Shown: in pieces, positions 52,649-63,756 of the stretch
How the letters are laid out: the number at the start of each line of letters is the position of its first letter
Position numbering within the stretch: position 1 is the stretch's first letter
NCBI GenBank assembly: GCA_963798085.1
Contig: CAWCRS010000007.1
Coordinates: forward strand, 1,120,001 to 1,184,000
Origin: an uncultured Gemmatimonadales bacterium
GTDB lineage: Bacteria > Gemmatimonadota > Gemmatimonadetes > Longimicrobiales > RSA9
Reading direction: 5' to 3'
Length of the DNA stretch: 64,000 nucleotides
Notes under the pieces: model-generated
The model's database searches: none
What the model was told of the DNA's origin: nothing
Seen by the model: only the letters and a program-made list of their open reading frames with translations
Program-made: the position numbers and the translations under genes

Positions 52649-55155
52649 ATGAAAGGCGTGATCATGGCGGGCGGCTTCGGCACCCGCCTCAAACCGCTCA
52701 CCATCAATCGCCCCAAGCCGATGGTGCCGGTTGCCAACCGGCCGATGATGGAGCACATTGTCGAACTGTTGAAGCAGCACGGCATCACCGACCTCATCAG
52801 CATCCTCTATTTCCAGCCCGAGCACATCACCTCGCATTTCCGCGATGGCGCCGCGTTTGGCGTACGCATGGATTACGTGACCGCCGATGCCGATTACGGC
52901 ACAGCGGGCGCCGTGCGCAATGCGCTCGACCTCATCGGCAATGACCGCATTATCGTCATCAGCGGTGATGTGCTCACCGACTTCGATCTCACGGCCGCGA
53001 TTCGCGAGCATGATACGCGTGGTGCCGAAGCGACCATTGCGCTGACCTCGGTGGAGAATCCGCTCGCGTTCGGCATCGTCATCATGGATCAGGAGACCCG
53101 CCGCATCGAGCGCTTCCTCGAAAAACCCACCTGGGGTCAGGTCTTCAGCGATACCATCAACACGGGCATATACATCCTCGAGCCGGCCGCGGTGCGGCGC
53201 GTGCCGGCGAAGACCAACTTCGACTTCTCCAAGGACCTGTTCCCGTCCATGCTGCGGGACGAGGCCCGGCTCTTTGGTCATGTCGCAACCGGGTACTGGC
53301 GCGATGTCGGTAACATCGAGGAGTATCGGCGCGCCAACGAAGATGCTCTCGCGGGTCGCGTCCACCTGCGCTTCCAGGGCCAGCAGCATGCAGAGGGCAA
53401 AGGCACCGTCTGGGGCGAGCGCGGCGCGGCGACGGCGCGCGATGTCCGCATTGCCGGCAACGTCGTGCTGGGTCGTTCCGCGTCCGTAGCCAGCGGCGTC
53501 ACGCTCGAGAACGTGGCGATCGGCGCCGGCTGCGTGATCGGCGAAGGCGCCGAACTGCAGAATGTCGTGCTCTGGGAGAACTGCCGCATCGGCAAGGGCG
53601 CACGCCTGAACGAGACCGTGTGCGCGGCGCGCGTGGGCGTGGGCGAGGGCGCGGTGATCCGCGAGAAGTGCATCCTCTCCGATGGCGCCGAGGTCGGCGA
53701 CTTCGCCGTCGTCGGTCCCAACGTGCGCATCTGGCCGGACAAGGTGGTCGAGGAGCGCGCCGTCCTCACGCACTCCCTTATCTGGGGCGAGGCGTGGGAG
53801 CGCAATCTGTTCAATAACGCGCGTGTCAGCGGCATCCCGAATTTCGAGCTGACGCCTGAAATGGCCGCGCGTCTGGGTGGTGCCTACGGAGCACTGCTGG
53901 GACCGGGCGCGTACGTGGTGGCTTCGCGCGATTCCGACCGCGCCTCGCGCATGCTCAATCGCGCAATGATGACGGGCTTCGTTTCCACGGGCGTCAATGT
54001 CGAAGACCTGCGCGAGATGCCCATACCCGTGGTGCGTCACACGATCCACCATGGTCGCGAATCCGGCGGCTTCCACGTGCGCCGCTCGCCCTTCGACAGC
54101 AAGGTCATCGACATCCTCTTCTTCGACCGCGATGGCCGCGATCTGGCGCCCAGCAAGACACAGTCGATCGAACGGCTCTTCGCCCGCGAGGACTACTCGC
54201 GCGCCGGCCCCGACGGCACCGGCGACATCAACTTTCCGATGCGTGTGGTGGAAGGGTACTTCGAGCATTTCCTCGGCGAAGTCGCCCGCGAGCTGATCGT
54301 CTCGCGCGGCTTCAGCCTGGTAGTCGACTACGCCTACGGCTCGACCGTCGAAGTCTTCCCCCGCGTGCTGGGCGCACTCGAAGTCGAGATGGTCAGCCTC
54401 GACGCCTACGCTTCGCCCGGCCGGCTGACGCGCACGGACCAGGAATTCCAGGAAGTGAAGCGCCGCCTCGCCGGGATCGTGCGGTCCGTCGGCGCCGAGC
54501 TGGGCATTCGGATCGACCCGGGCGGCGAAGTCATCCAGCTGGTCGACGATGCCGGCCGCGCGCTTTCTTCAGAGCTGACGCAGTCGCTGTTCGTGCGCCT
54601 CGCGCTCGATTACCTCGGCGTGCGCACGGTCGCCATCCCCGTGACCAGCCCCGGCGCTGTCGTGGGCATCATTCGCGAGGCCGGCGCCGAGCTCATCTGG
54701 ACGAAGACCGAGCACCACGCGATGATGGGTTCCGCTACGGATGCAGACATGGTGGCCGGCACACGCGGCGAGTTCATTTCTCGCACTTCATGCCCGCATA
54801 CGATGGCATGTTCGCGGCCGTCAAGCTGCTCGAGGGCCTGGCGCGCGCGCAGACGCCACTGCGCGAGCTGGCCGATGCGGTTCCGCCCATTCACGTCCTG
54901 CAGCGCCGCATTGCCTGCCCGTGGGGCAAGCGCGGCGCCGTCATGCGCCGGCTCATGGAAGCGACCGAATCGGAAGAACGCGATCTGGTCGATGGCGTGA
55001 AGATCGTGAAGGCGCCCAATGAATGGTCCCTGATCATCCCGCATTCGCACCGGCCCTATTTCGTGGTCACCGTGGAAGCACCGGACGCGGCATTGGCCGA
55101 GGCCGCGGTCGAGCAGTACAGCACCATGGTCGAGCGCTGGCGCGATGAGGCGTGA
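52649..55155 (+). CDS. Bifunctional mannose-1-P guanylyltransferase / phosphomannomutase-like protein; frameshift near 54780
   Basis: MAGGFGTRLKPLT, PKPM, GTAGAV, FLEKP, hexapeptide repeats, then a phosphohexomutase-like region. Confidence 0.88.
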
Positions 55156-55161
55156 GCGCAC

Positions 55162-57489
55162 GTGAGCCGGCGTTTCAAACCGGTTGTTAGTGGCGCCACG
55201 GCGCTGTTCGTCCTGCTGCTGCTGGCCGCACTCGCTCTCAATCTGTACCTGCGCAGCGCCGCGCCGCAGCGCACGGGCACCGTCGCGCTGCCGGGCCTTA
55301 GCGCCGCCGTCGAGATCCGGCGTGATTCCCTCGATGTTCCGCACATCCGCGCGGCCTCCGCTGAGGACCTGTTCTTCGCGCAGGGCTGGGTGCACGCGCA
55401 GGACCGCCTCTGGCAGATGGAGCTGTTCCGCCGCGTAGCCCAGGGCAGACTCGCCGAAATCCTGGGACCCGGACTCGTCGACACGGACCGCTTTCTCCGT
55501 ACCATCGGACTCTGGCGGGCGGCACAGGCGCAGCAGGCCACCGTGTCACCCGCCACCATGCGACTGCTTCAGGCGTATGCCGACGGCGTCAACGCCTGGT
55601 TGACCCACCATCATGGCGCATTGCCGCCCGAATTCCTCGTACTGCGCTTCTCGCCCGAGCCCTGGACGCCACTGCACTCGCTCGCCATCGAGAAAGTGAT
55701 GGCGTGGGATCTCTCCAGCTGGGGCATCTCCGCGGCCGCGACGCGCGCTGCAAGAACGCTCGGCGAGGAACGGGCACGCCAGCTCGTGCCCGCATATCCC
55801 GAATGGGGCCCCACCATCCTCGATCTGCCACAGGTGCCTGAGGTGCCGCAGACGGCCGCGGCACTGCTCGATGCCGCGAGCATTACGCACGCGTCGAATG
55901 CCTGGGTCATCGGCGGCGCGCGCACCCGCTCGGGCCGGCCGATCCTGGCGAACGACATGCACCTCTCGCTGCGCGCGCCATCCGTCTGGTATCTCGCCGC
56001 ACTGCATGGCGGCGGCTACGATGTGGCGGGCATGACCCTGCCCGGCGTGCCCTTCGTCGTTGCCGGACACAATCGCGCCATTGCGTGGGGCTACACCAAC
56101 GCGTCGCTCGACGACATCGATTTCTTCGTCGAGCGCGTCGATCCCGAGGATTCGTCGCGCTACATGACGCCCGCCGGCAGCGAGCCGTTCCAGGTGATCC
56201 AGGAATCGATTCCCGTGCGCGGCCGCGATCAGCCCATCCTGTTCGCGGTGCGCGTCACGCGTCACGGACCCATCCTCACCGATGTGACCGATCCGCAGTC
56301 GCGCGGCCCGCTCGCCCTGCGCTGGGCCGGGCTGGATCCCTCGCACACCATTGATGCCATCCCCGCATTCGATCTCGCCGGCGACTGGGACGACTTCCTC
56401 ACCGCGGTGCGCGCCTTCGATGACCCGCACCAGAATGTCGTGTTTGCCGATACCGCGGGAGACTTCGGCTATGCCATGGGCGGACGCATCCCGCTGCGTG
56501 GTAACGGACGGTTACCACCACTGCTGCCGGTTCCCGGCTGGACCGGGGAGTGGGACTGGAACGGCTGGGTGCCCTTCGAGCAGCACCCGCAGGTGCGCAA
56601 CCCGCCGCAGGGTTTCGTGGTGACCGCCAACAACCGGCAGGTGGCCGGCGAGGCGGCGGATCGCATCAGTCAGTACTGGGAGCAGCCGTATCGCGCGGCG
56701 CGCATCCGCGCGCTGATTCTGGAGACGGATTCCATCGACGCGCCGGCCGTCCAGCACATGCAGCTGGATGTGCATGACATGCGGGCCGAACGCTACCGGC
56801 CGCTCGCGGCCACGCTGGCCCGCCGCGCGGGTCTGCCTGCCGTTGCCCGGGCGCTCATCGACTGGGACCTGCGCGCCAGCAGCGATTCGCACGGTGCGGC
56901 GCTGTTCTACGCGTGGTACGAGCTGCTGGATCGCCGCCTGCGCGCAGTGATTGCGGGCCGCGCCGCGGATATCAGTCTGCCGCGCAGCGCACTCAATGCC
57001 ATGCTCGATGCCGCGGCGGTGCCGGGCATTGATGATGGCCACGCCGTATTCGACTCGGCTGCGCTGGGCGCCATGCGCGCCGCGGATTCGCTGGTTGCGG
57101 ATCGCAACTGGGGCGCGCTGCACCACGTCTATGCACAGCACGCGCTCGATGCATCACACCTGCTCGATCGACTGCTGCATCTCAATGTGGGTGGCGGCCC
57201 CGGCGATGGCTCACCCACAACCGTCAACGTGTCCGATTACCCGGCCGGCTCCATGCCCGTGCGAGCCGCATACGGCCCCAGCGAGCGTCACGTCGTCGAC
57301 ATGGCGAACGTCGACGGTGCCGGTGGCTTCATCCTGCCGACCGGCGAATCGGGTCTGCCATTCGACGCGCACTACCGCGATCAATGGAACCCGTGGCACA
57401 ACGGCGGATTATGGCGTATTCCTCTGGAGTGGAGCGCCGCCGTGGCCCGCAGCGTACACACACTCACGCTGCAGCCCGCTGGCAAATGA
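55162..57489 (+). CDS. Penicillin acylase family (S45) Ntn hydrolase
   Basis: PHIRA, AQDRLWQME, SNAW nucleophile, LANDMHL, TRHGP, TANN. Confidence 0.92.
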   Translation: MSRRFKPVVSGATALFVLLLLAALALNLYLRSAAPQRTGTVALPGLSAAVEIRRDSLDVPHIRAASAEDLFFAQGWVHAQDRLWQMELFRRVAQGRLAEILGPGLVDTDRFLRTIGLWRAAQAQQATVSPATMRLLQAYADGVNAWLTHHHGALPPEFLVLRFSPEPWTPLHSLAIEKVMAWDLSSWGISAAATRAARTLGEERARQLVPAYPEWGPTILDLPQVPEVPQTAAALLDAASITHASNAWVIGGARTRSGRPILANDMHLSLRAPSVWYLAALHGGGYDVAGMTLPGVPFVVAGHNRAIAWGYTNASLDDIDFFVERVDPEDSSRYMTPAGSEPFQVIQESIPVRGRDQPILFAVRVTRHGPILTDVTDPQSRGPLALRWAGLDPSHTIDAIPAFDLAGDWDDFLTAVRAFDDPHQNVVFADTAGDFGYAMGGRIPLRGNGRLPPLLPVPGWTGEWDWNGWVPFEQHPQVRNPPQGFVVTANNRQVAGEAADRISQYWEQPYRAARIRALILETDSIDAPAVQHMQLDVHDMRAERYRPLAATLARRAGLPAVARALIDWDLRASSDSHGAALFYAWYELLDRRLRAVIAGRAADISLPRSALNAMLDAAAVPGIDDGHAVFDSAALGAMRAADSLVADRNWGALHHVYAQHALDASHLLDRLLHLNVGGGPGDGSPTTVNVSDYPAGSMPVRAAYGPSERHVVDMANVDGAGGFILPTGESGLPFDAHYRDQWNPWHNGGLWRIPLEWSAAVARSVHTLTLQPAGK

Positions 57490-57540
57490 GCACTGCGACG
57501 CGGAGAACGTGAAAACGCGTCTGAGAAACACGGACGGGAG

Positions 57541-58539
57541 ATGGTGACTGAAACGAGTCCGCTGTTCGACCTGGCGGTGGTGGGCGCGGGTCCCTGCGGC
57601 CTCGGCGTCGGCATTGCCGCACACCAGGCCGGGCTGTCCTGTGTGCTCTTCGACAAGAGCTGCGTTGCCGCGTCCCTGGGCAATTATCCCACCTTCATGA
57701 CCTTCTTCAGTACTGCGGAACGACTGGAGATGGGCGACGTCCCTTTTTCCATTGCCGGCGACAAACCGACGCGTCGCGAAGCCATCCGCTACTACCAGCG
57801 GCTCGCCGAACACTTCCAGCTCGATGTGCGACAATATCATGCCGTGGAAGCGATCACTGGCAGCACAGGCCGCTTCGATATCACCACGCGTTCGTTCGCG
57901 GGAAGCGTCGCGAGGTGGCGGGCACGCAACGTCGTAATCGCGACGGGCTACTTCGATCATCCGAACCGTCTCGGCGTCCCTGGCGAAGACCTGCCGCACG
58001 TGTCGTACGGCTATCGCGAGGGCTACCCTTTCTTTCGCGAGCAGGTGGTCATTGTCGGTGGCGGCAATTCCGCGGTTGACGCGGCGCTCGAGCTGTATCG
58101 CTGGAAAGCGCGCGTCACGCTCGTGCACTTCGAAGCGGGCCTGGACGGTGGCGTGAAGCCCTGGGTACTGCCCGACATCACGAACCGCATCCGTGATGGC
58201 GAAATCGCGGCCCGCTTCCGTACGCGCGTCGTCGAGATCCGGCCCTCGAGCGTGCTGTTGCGACACGAGGAAAGCGGTGCGCTCGAAGAACTCGCTGCCC
58301 GCTGGATCCTCGCCATGACCGGCTACACGCCGGATCCCGTGCTGCTGCGACAGCTCGGTGTGGACTTCGATGCGCGAACCGGCGTCCCGCAGTTCGATCC
58401 GGATACCATGCAGACCGGTACACCGGGCGTATTCATTGCCGGCGTGATCGTGGCCGGCTACGACGCCAACAAGGTCTTCATTGAAAATGGTCGCGATCAC
58501 GGGAACCGCATCGTGGCCGCCCTGTGCGGCGCCGCCTGA
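57541..58539 (+). CDS. ypdA: YpdA family putative bacillithiol disulfide reductase
   Basis: GAGPCG, YPTFMTFFST, KPTRREA, GGGNSAVDAALE, VKPWV and FIENGR motifs. Confidence 0.88.
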   Translation: MVTETSPLFDLAVVGAGPCGLGVGIAAHQAGLSCVLFDKSCVAASLGNYPTFMTFFSTAERLEMGDVPFSIAGDKPTRREAIRYYQRLAEHFQLDVRQYHAVEAITGSTGRFDITTRSFAGSVARWRARNVVIATGYFDHPNRLGVPGEDLPHVSYGYREGYPFFREQVVIVGGGNSAVDAALELYRWKARVTLVHFEAGLDGGVKPWVLPDITNRIRDGEIAARFRTRVVEIRPSSVLLRHEESGALEELAARWILAMTGYTPDPVLLRQLGVDFDARTGVPQFDPDTMQTGTPGVFIAGVIVAGYDANKVFIENGRDHGNRIVAALCGAA

Positions 58540-58551
58540 ATCCGGCGTCGG

Positions 58552-58596
58552 TTGACACCCAACCCCATCGCTTCTAGAGTCGAGGGGCTGTATACA
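58552..58596 (+). promoter_or_regulatory. Putative sigma70 promoter of pruA with downstream TGTATACA palindrome
   Basis: TTGACA(58552)-N17-TAGAGT(58575); TGTATACA at 58589-58596. Confidence 0.6.
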
Positions 58597-58628
58597 CGAA
58601 CGCATTCTCCTGAAAACGGGCATACCGA

Positions 58629-60226
58629 ATGGCAACCACGATGGAGTCGCGCCCGGGGGCGCTTGATACCGCGTCGATTCCGGAGTTCCGGAACGAACCG
58701 CTCACCGATTTCAATGATGCCGGGAACGCGCGGCGCATGCGCGACGCGCTCGCCACCGTAGGCGCTCAGCTGGGCCGCACGTATCCGCTCATCATCGGTG
58801 CACGCGAGATCAGCGAAGGCAAGACCGCGGCATTCGATCAATCCCGCCGATCCGGAGCAGATCGTCGGCCGCTTCGTGCAGGCCAACGTCGAGCAGGCCA
58901 TGGAGGCCATGGCTGCCGCCGACGCGGCCTTCGAAGACTGGCGCAAGGTTCCGGTCGAGGAGCGCGCCGCCGCCATATTCCGCACTGCACAGGCGCTGCG
59001 TGATCGCAAGTTCGAGTTTGCCGCGCTCATGGTGTACGAGGTCAGCAAGTCGTGGCGCGAGGCCGATGCGGACATCGCCGAATTGATCGATTTCGCGGAA
59101 TACTACGCCCGCGAAGCGCTGCGCATCGGCGGCCCCCAGGCCGTGGTGCCGATCCCCGGCGAAAAGAACGAGCTGCGCTATATCCCGCTGGGTGTCGGTC
59201 TCGATCATTCCACCGTGGAATTTCCCGTCCGCCATCATGGGTGGCATGACCATCGCCGCCGTGGTCACAGGCAACACCGTCATCGTGAAGCCGGCCTCGA
59301 CGTCGCCGACGATTGCCGCGTGGTTCGTGCGCACGCTCATCGATGAAGGCGGCCTGCCACCCGGCGTCGTCAATTTCCTGCCCGGCCCGGGTGGCGCCAT
59401 CGGGGATTCGCTCGTCGACCACCCCAGGACCCGTTTCATCGCATTCACCGGCTCCAAGGAAGTCGGCCTCCGCATCTTCGAGCGCGCCGCCCGCGTGCAC
59501 CCCGGCCAGAAATGGCTCAAGCGCACTGTGCTCGAAATGGGTGGCAAGGACTCGATCGTGGTCGATGAGACCGCGGATCTCGATGCCGCAGCGGAAGGCA
59601 TTGTCGCTTCGGCGTTCGGCTTCCAGGGACAGAAATGCTCGGCCTGCTCCCGCGCCATCGTCGTGGACAGCGTGTACGACCAGGTGCTGAGCAAGGTGAT
59701 CGAGCGCACCCGGAAGCTGAGCGTCGGTGATCCCACGCAGCCCGACACCTACATGGGCGCCGTGATCAATGACAAGGCCTATAAGAAGATTCGCGAGTAC
59801 ATCGAGGTCGGAAAGAAGGAAGGTCTGCTGGTTGCAGGTGGTGAGCCTGTCCAGAGCGTCGGCTACTTCATTCCACCCACCATCATCGCGGATATCAAGC
59901 CGGATGCGCGCCTGGCGCAGGAAGAGATCTTCGGACCGGTGCTCGCGTTCATTCGCGCACGGGACTTCGATGATGCGATGACGATTGCCAATAACACGGA
60001 GTATGGCCTGACCGGCGCTCTCTACTCGAAGCTGGAAGATCGGCTCGAGCGGGCAAGGGAAGACTTCCACGTCGGCAATCTCTACCTCAACCGCAAGTGC
60101 ACCGGCGCCATGGTCGGCGCGCAGCCGTTTGGTGGCTTCAACATGTCCGGCACCGACTCAAAGGCGGGCGGTCCCGACTACCTGCTGCTTTTCACGCAGG
60201 GCAAGTCCATTGCACGCCGCACTTGA
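58629..60226 (+). CDS. pruA: L-glutamate gamma-semialdehyde (P5C) dehydrogenase; frameshifts near 58835 and 59203
   Basis: [43 protein letters not shown] and KAGGPDYL motifs. Confidence 0.9.
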
Positions 60227-60329
60227 GCGGTCCTCCGGACTGCGGCGCTGAAATGATCCTCGCCGTTGACGGGGTGTAGCAATTCCCGGTAGCTTCGATG
60301 AAGGCCACGGCTGCCGGGAAGGTGATGTA

Positions 60330-60560
60330 GTGGGTCCAAGAGAGAAGATCGAGCAGGTTCTCGAGGCCATCAGGCCTGCCCTGCGCTCGGATGGCGGCGA
60401 TGTCGAGTTCATCGACTACGATGAAGATGACGGCGTCGTGCAGCTCCGCCTGGTGGGCGCCTGTGGATCCTGCCCGGTTTCGATGATGACATTGAAGCGC
60501 GGCATCGAGCAGCGCATTACGTCTGCCGTACCGGAGGTCCGGACCATTCAGGCGCTGTGA
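60330..60560 (+). CDS. nifU: NifU-like (Nfu) Fe-S carrier
   Basis: IRPALRSDGGDVE and GACGSCP motifs. Confidence 0.92.
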   Translation: MGPREKIEQVLEAIRPALRSDGGDVEFIDYDEDDGVVQLRLVGACGSCPVSMMTLKRGIEQRITSAVPEVRTIQAL

Positions 60561-60637
60561 CACCCGGCACACGTGAGAACGAGCGCGGCCGGCGCCCTGC
60601 AGGGTGCCGGCCGTTGTCTTGGGAGGATGTCAGGAAA

Positions 60638-61747
60638 ATGGCGGATACGAAGCGGCTGGAGGAGCAGATCATCGCCGCGCTCATGCATGTGCTGAACACG
60701 CGCACTGGTCAGAATATCGTCGACGGCGGCCACATTCATGCCCTCGAAATCACTGATGACGGGCGCGTCACCTTCCAATTCCTGCTGGGCGCGGAAGACG
60801 CCGGCACACTGGTGCGTGAGGCAAGGGGTGTCGTCGAACGCGTGGAGGGGGTCGCCAAGGTCAAGATCGATGTGCGGCTGCCCACCACCCAGCAGCCGCA
60901 GCGTGCGGGTGGGCGCGGACTCAAGCCCGGATCCGTGCCGGCGCCGACACCGGATCCGCAGCGCGCCCTCGGCATCGGCCATATCGTCGCCGTCAGTTCC
61001 GGCAAGGGCGGTGTGGGCAAGTCCACCGTTGCGGTGAATCTCGCAGCGCAGCTCGCGCTGATGGGAAACCGCGTGGGCCTGCTGGACGCCGATGTGTACG
61101 GCCCCGATGTCCCGCTCATGTTCGGTGAAAGACGGCGGCCGCCCGTGACCGGCGAAAAGGGTCAGGAGAAGATCGTCCCGCTGGAAACCTACGGCGTCCG
61201 TCTGATGAGCCTGGGCTTCCTCCTCGAGGAGGATCAGCCCGCGATCATGCGCGGGCCGCTGGTTTCCGGGATTCTCAAGCAGTTCCTCGAGCAGGTCGAA
61301 TGGGGCCCTCTCGACTGGCTCGTCGTCGACATGCCACCCGGTACCGGGGATGCCCAGCTCTCGCTCGTGCAGACCGTCAATCTCGATGGCGCCGTGCTGG
61401 TGACCACGCCCCAGGAGGTGTCTACCGGTGATGTGCGCCGCGCCTGCCGCATGTTCGAGCGTGTGCGCACCCGCGTGTTCGGTATCGTCGAGAACATGAG
61501 TGGAATGAACTGTCCGCACTGCGGCGGACCTCTCGACATTTTCGGCGAAGGCGGCGGCCAGCGGCTGGCCGAAGCACTCGCTGTCCCGTTCCTCGGCAGC
61601 GTACCACTGGATCCGGCAGTACGGATTTCAGGCGACACGGGTCAGCCCACGGTCCTCTCCGCACCCGACTCGCCCGCCGGGCTGGCCTTCGCGCGCGTCG
61701 CCGACCAGCTGATCGCAGCAGCCGTGGGTGTGCCTGCGACCGGCTGA
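60638..61747 (+). CDS. mrp: Mrp/NBP35 (ApbC) Fe-S cluster carrier ATPase
   Basis: SSGKGGVGKSTV, DADVYGP, DMPPGTGD and ENMS...CPHC motifs. Confidence 0.93.
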   Translation: MADTKRLEEQIIAALMHVLNTRTGQNIVDGGHIHALEITDDGRVTFQFLLGAEDAGTLVREARGVVERVEGVAKVKIDVRLPTTQQPQRAGGRGLKPGSVPAPTPDPQRALGIGHIVAVSSGKGGVGKSTVAVNLAAQLALMGNRVGLLDADVYGPDVPLMFGERRRPPVTGEKGQEKIVPLETYGVRLMSLGFLLEEDQPAIMRGPLVSGILKQFLEQVEWGPLDWLVVDMPPGTGDAQLSLVQTVNLDGAVLVTTPQEVSTGDVRRACRMFERVRTRVFGIVENMSGMNCPHCGGPLDIFGEGGGQRLAEALAVPFLGSVPLDPAVRISGDTGQPTVLSAPDSPAGLAFARVADQLIAAAVGVPATG

Positions 61748-62529
61748 TGGAGCCGTTTCCCCACCCGCGCATCACGCTGCTGACGGATTTCGGAACCGCC
61801 GACGGCTACGTCGCCGCGCTGTGCGGCGTGTTGGCCACGCTGGCGCCTGCCGTACCCGTCGATCACGCCAGCCACGATGTCCCTCCCGGTGACATTGCCG
61901 CTGCAGCCAGCGCGTTGAGCCGCTACTGGGAGTTCTATCCAGCCGGGACCGTGCACGTCATTGTGGTCGATCCCGGTGTGGGCAGCGCGCGGCGCGCGCT
62001 GCTGGTACGGGCCGCGGGCCGGATGGGCGTGGGCCCTGATAACGGTGTGTTCGAGCCCATGCTCGCCCATGCCGACGACGTCCGTGAGATCACCTGCAGC
62101 GCGCTGTTTCGACAGCCCGTTTCCGCCACCTTCCACGGTCGGGATATCTTCGCGCCAGTAGCCGCCTGGCTGGCGCTGGGCGGCCTGCCCGAGCGCGTGG
62201 GGGCGCCCTTGCCCGATCCGGTCCGTGCTGACACGGCTGTTATCGAGGCATCGGCGGGTACGCTGCTCGCGACCGTCGTTCACGTCGATCGCTTCGGCAA
62301 CCTGATCACCAACCTGTCTGGGGCACGCATCGGGCGGGGCACCCGCATCGAGATCGACGGGCGCAGCCTGGGTGAGGTGCGTCGCACCTACGCCGAGGCA
62401 GATTCCGGCGAGGCGCTGGCGCTGATCGGATCCAGCGGGTTCCTCGAGATTGCAGTGCGGGATGGCAGCGCCGCACAGCAGTTTGGCGCGACGCGTGGCA
62501 CGCGCGTTCGTGTCACGGCGGCCCCCTGA
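61747..62529 (+). CDS. DUF62 SAM hydroxide adenosyltransferase (halogenase superfamily)
   Basis: LLTDFG, VVDPGVG.ARR, GPDNG, TFHGRD and DRFGNL motifs. Confidence 0.9.
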   Translation: MEPFPHPRITLLTDFGTADGYVAALCGVLATLAPAVPVDHASHDVPPGDIAAAASALSRYWEFYPAGTVHVIVVDPGVGSARRALLVRAAGRMGVGPDNGVFEPMLAHADDVREITCSALFRQPVSATFHGRDIFAPVAAWLALGGLPERVGAPLPDPVRADTAVIEASAGTLLATVVHVDRFGNLITNLSGARIGRGTRIEIDGRSLGEVRRTYAEADSGEALALIGSSGFLEIAVRDGSAAQQFGATRGTRVRVTAAP

Positions 62530-62535
62530 AAGCAC

Positions 62536-62567
62536 GGAGGGCCGGACCCTCGCGGGTCCGGCCCTCC
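62536..62567. terminator. Perfect 14-bp stem hairpin between convergent genes
   Basis: GGAGGGCCGGACCC-TCGC-GGGTCCGGCCCTCC. Confidence 0.7.
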
Positions 62568-62587
62568 TCTTCATTCCCGTTCGCGAA

Positions 62588-62803
62588 TCAGCTCTCCAGC
62601 CACTTCCGGTCTTCGGAACTGATCTGCTTGCGCTTGGGCGACAGCAGCTTTACCGCCAGCCAGCCAATCGCAACCAGTGGCGCAACCTTGAACAGCAGGA
62701 AGGTGGCCAGTCCCACGGCCAGCCCGATCACGGACATGGCTACACCGAGAACCACGATCGCGAGGAACCCGATCAGCAGGAACGTCAGCAACGACGAGAT
62801 CAT
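62588..62803 (-). CDS. Small membrane hypothetical protein
   Basis: GGAGG RBS; long hydrophobic stretch; basic C-terminal tail. Confidence 0.7.
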   Translation of the reverse strand: MISSLLTFLLIGFLAIVVLGVAMSVIGLAVGLATFLLFKVAPLVAIGWLAVKLLSPKRKQISSEDRKWLES

Positions 62804-62903
62804 GAGCGCCTCCCGTGCTTCTATGTCGTTACCCGCGACCTTCGCGTCGCGGCGTGCAAGCGTCCGAGATGTACTGGCCTGCTCGGTCAGGTTGTGCGCA
62901 TCG

Positions 62904-63749
62904 TCAGATCTGGTTTGCGTCCACCCACATCACGCGGATGGAACCGAACGCCGCTTCAATGTCGATCGCCAGCTTGTGATCGGCCCGTTCCCAGTCCACC
63001 GAAGAATACACATCACCGCGCTTCACGAGCCCTTCACTGTCGAATCCCACGAGCAGCCCGTTCTTCCGCACCTGCAAGCCCACCCCGCGCGGTACGCGCA
63101 GCGTGAGGGAGCCCAGACCCATGTGCACCGTGGCATTCAGATTCTGCTGCCATTCGCCCGTGAAGTCCAGTGTGACGTCGCCAATGCCACCGGAGAAATC
63201 GAGTGTCTTCGCGTTCAGGTTGCCCAGGCCTTGCGCCTCGAACTTCGCCGCGCCGACATCGAGGTCGGCCGATTCGCAGACTTCCTGGTTGCGCCGGTCC
63301 AGCCGCATGATCGTTTCACTCGCGCCCGTGTGCAGCGCGAAACGCCGGATGCGAAGGCCGGAGAGGTCGATATCTGCCTTGGCCGCACCGAATTCCAGCT
63401 GCAGGTCGTATGGCGTGCCCGTGCCCAGCGCCAGTCGCAGCTCGCCGCCTTTGACGTTCCTGCCCCGCACTCTGACATCGCTCAGACCCAGGTGCAGCAG
63501 CCCCGGCTGGTACGAGAGGTCCGGCTGGAACGCATCGGCATCGTAGCGCAGTGATGCGCGGTAGAGCAGACCGCTGCTGCCCGGCGACAACGCCAGTGTA
63601 CCGGCGCCGTACTGGACCAGGACACGGAAGACGTCGTCACCCGGCGAGGCCTGGCGCATCTGGGTAACGGTGCGCCAGTCCTGCGCGTGCGCCGCCAGCG
63701 GCAGCAACGCCAGGGCAACAGCCGCGGCAAGCGTGCGGAGCCCGCTCAT
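62904..63749 (-). CDS. Secreted beta-solenoid protein (toast-rack/LiaF/DUF4097-like)
   Basis: Signal peptide; repeated GA.K/E..LD and G.G..TL beta motifs. Confidence 0.7.
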   Translation of the reverse strand: MSGLRTLAAAVALALLPLAAHAQDWRTVTQMRQASPGDDVFRVLVQYGAGTLALSPGSSGLLYRASLRYDADAFQPDLSYQPGLLHLGLSDVRVRGRNVKGGELRLALGTGTPYDLQLEFGAAKADIDLSGLRIRRFALHTGASETIMRLDRRNQEVCESADLDVGAAKFEAQGLGNLNAKTLDFSGGIGDVTLDFTGEWQQNLNATVHMGLGSLTLRVPRGVGLQVRKNGLLVGFDSEGLVKRGDVYSSVDWERADHKLAIDIEAAFGSIRVMWVDANQI

Positions 63750-63756
63750 GGCAGGA

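Noticed and set aside
61747..62529. Fluorinase/chlorinase implying halometabolite synthesis
   Set aside because: The His in TFHGRD indicates the hydrolase subgroup, and no biosynthetic cluster is nearby.
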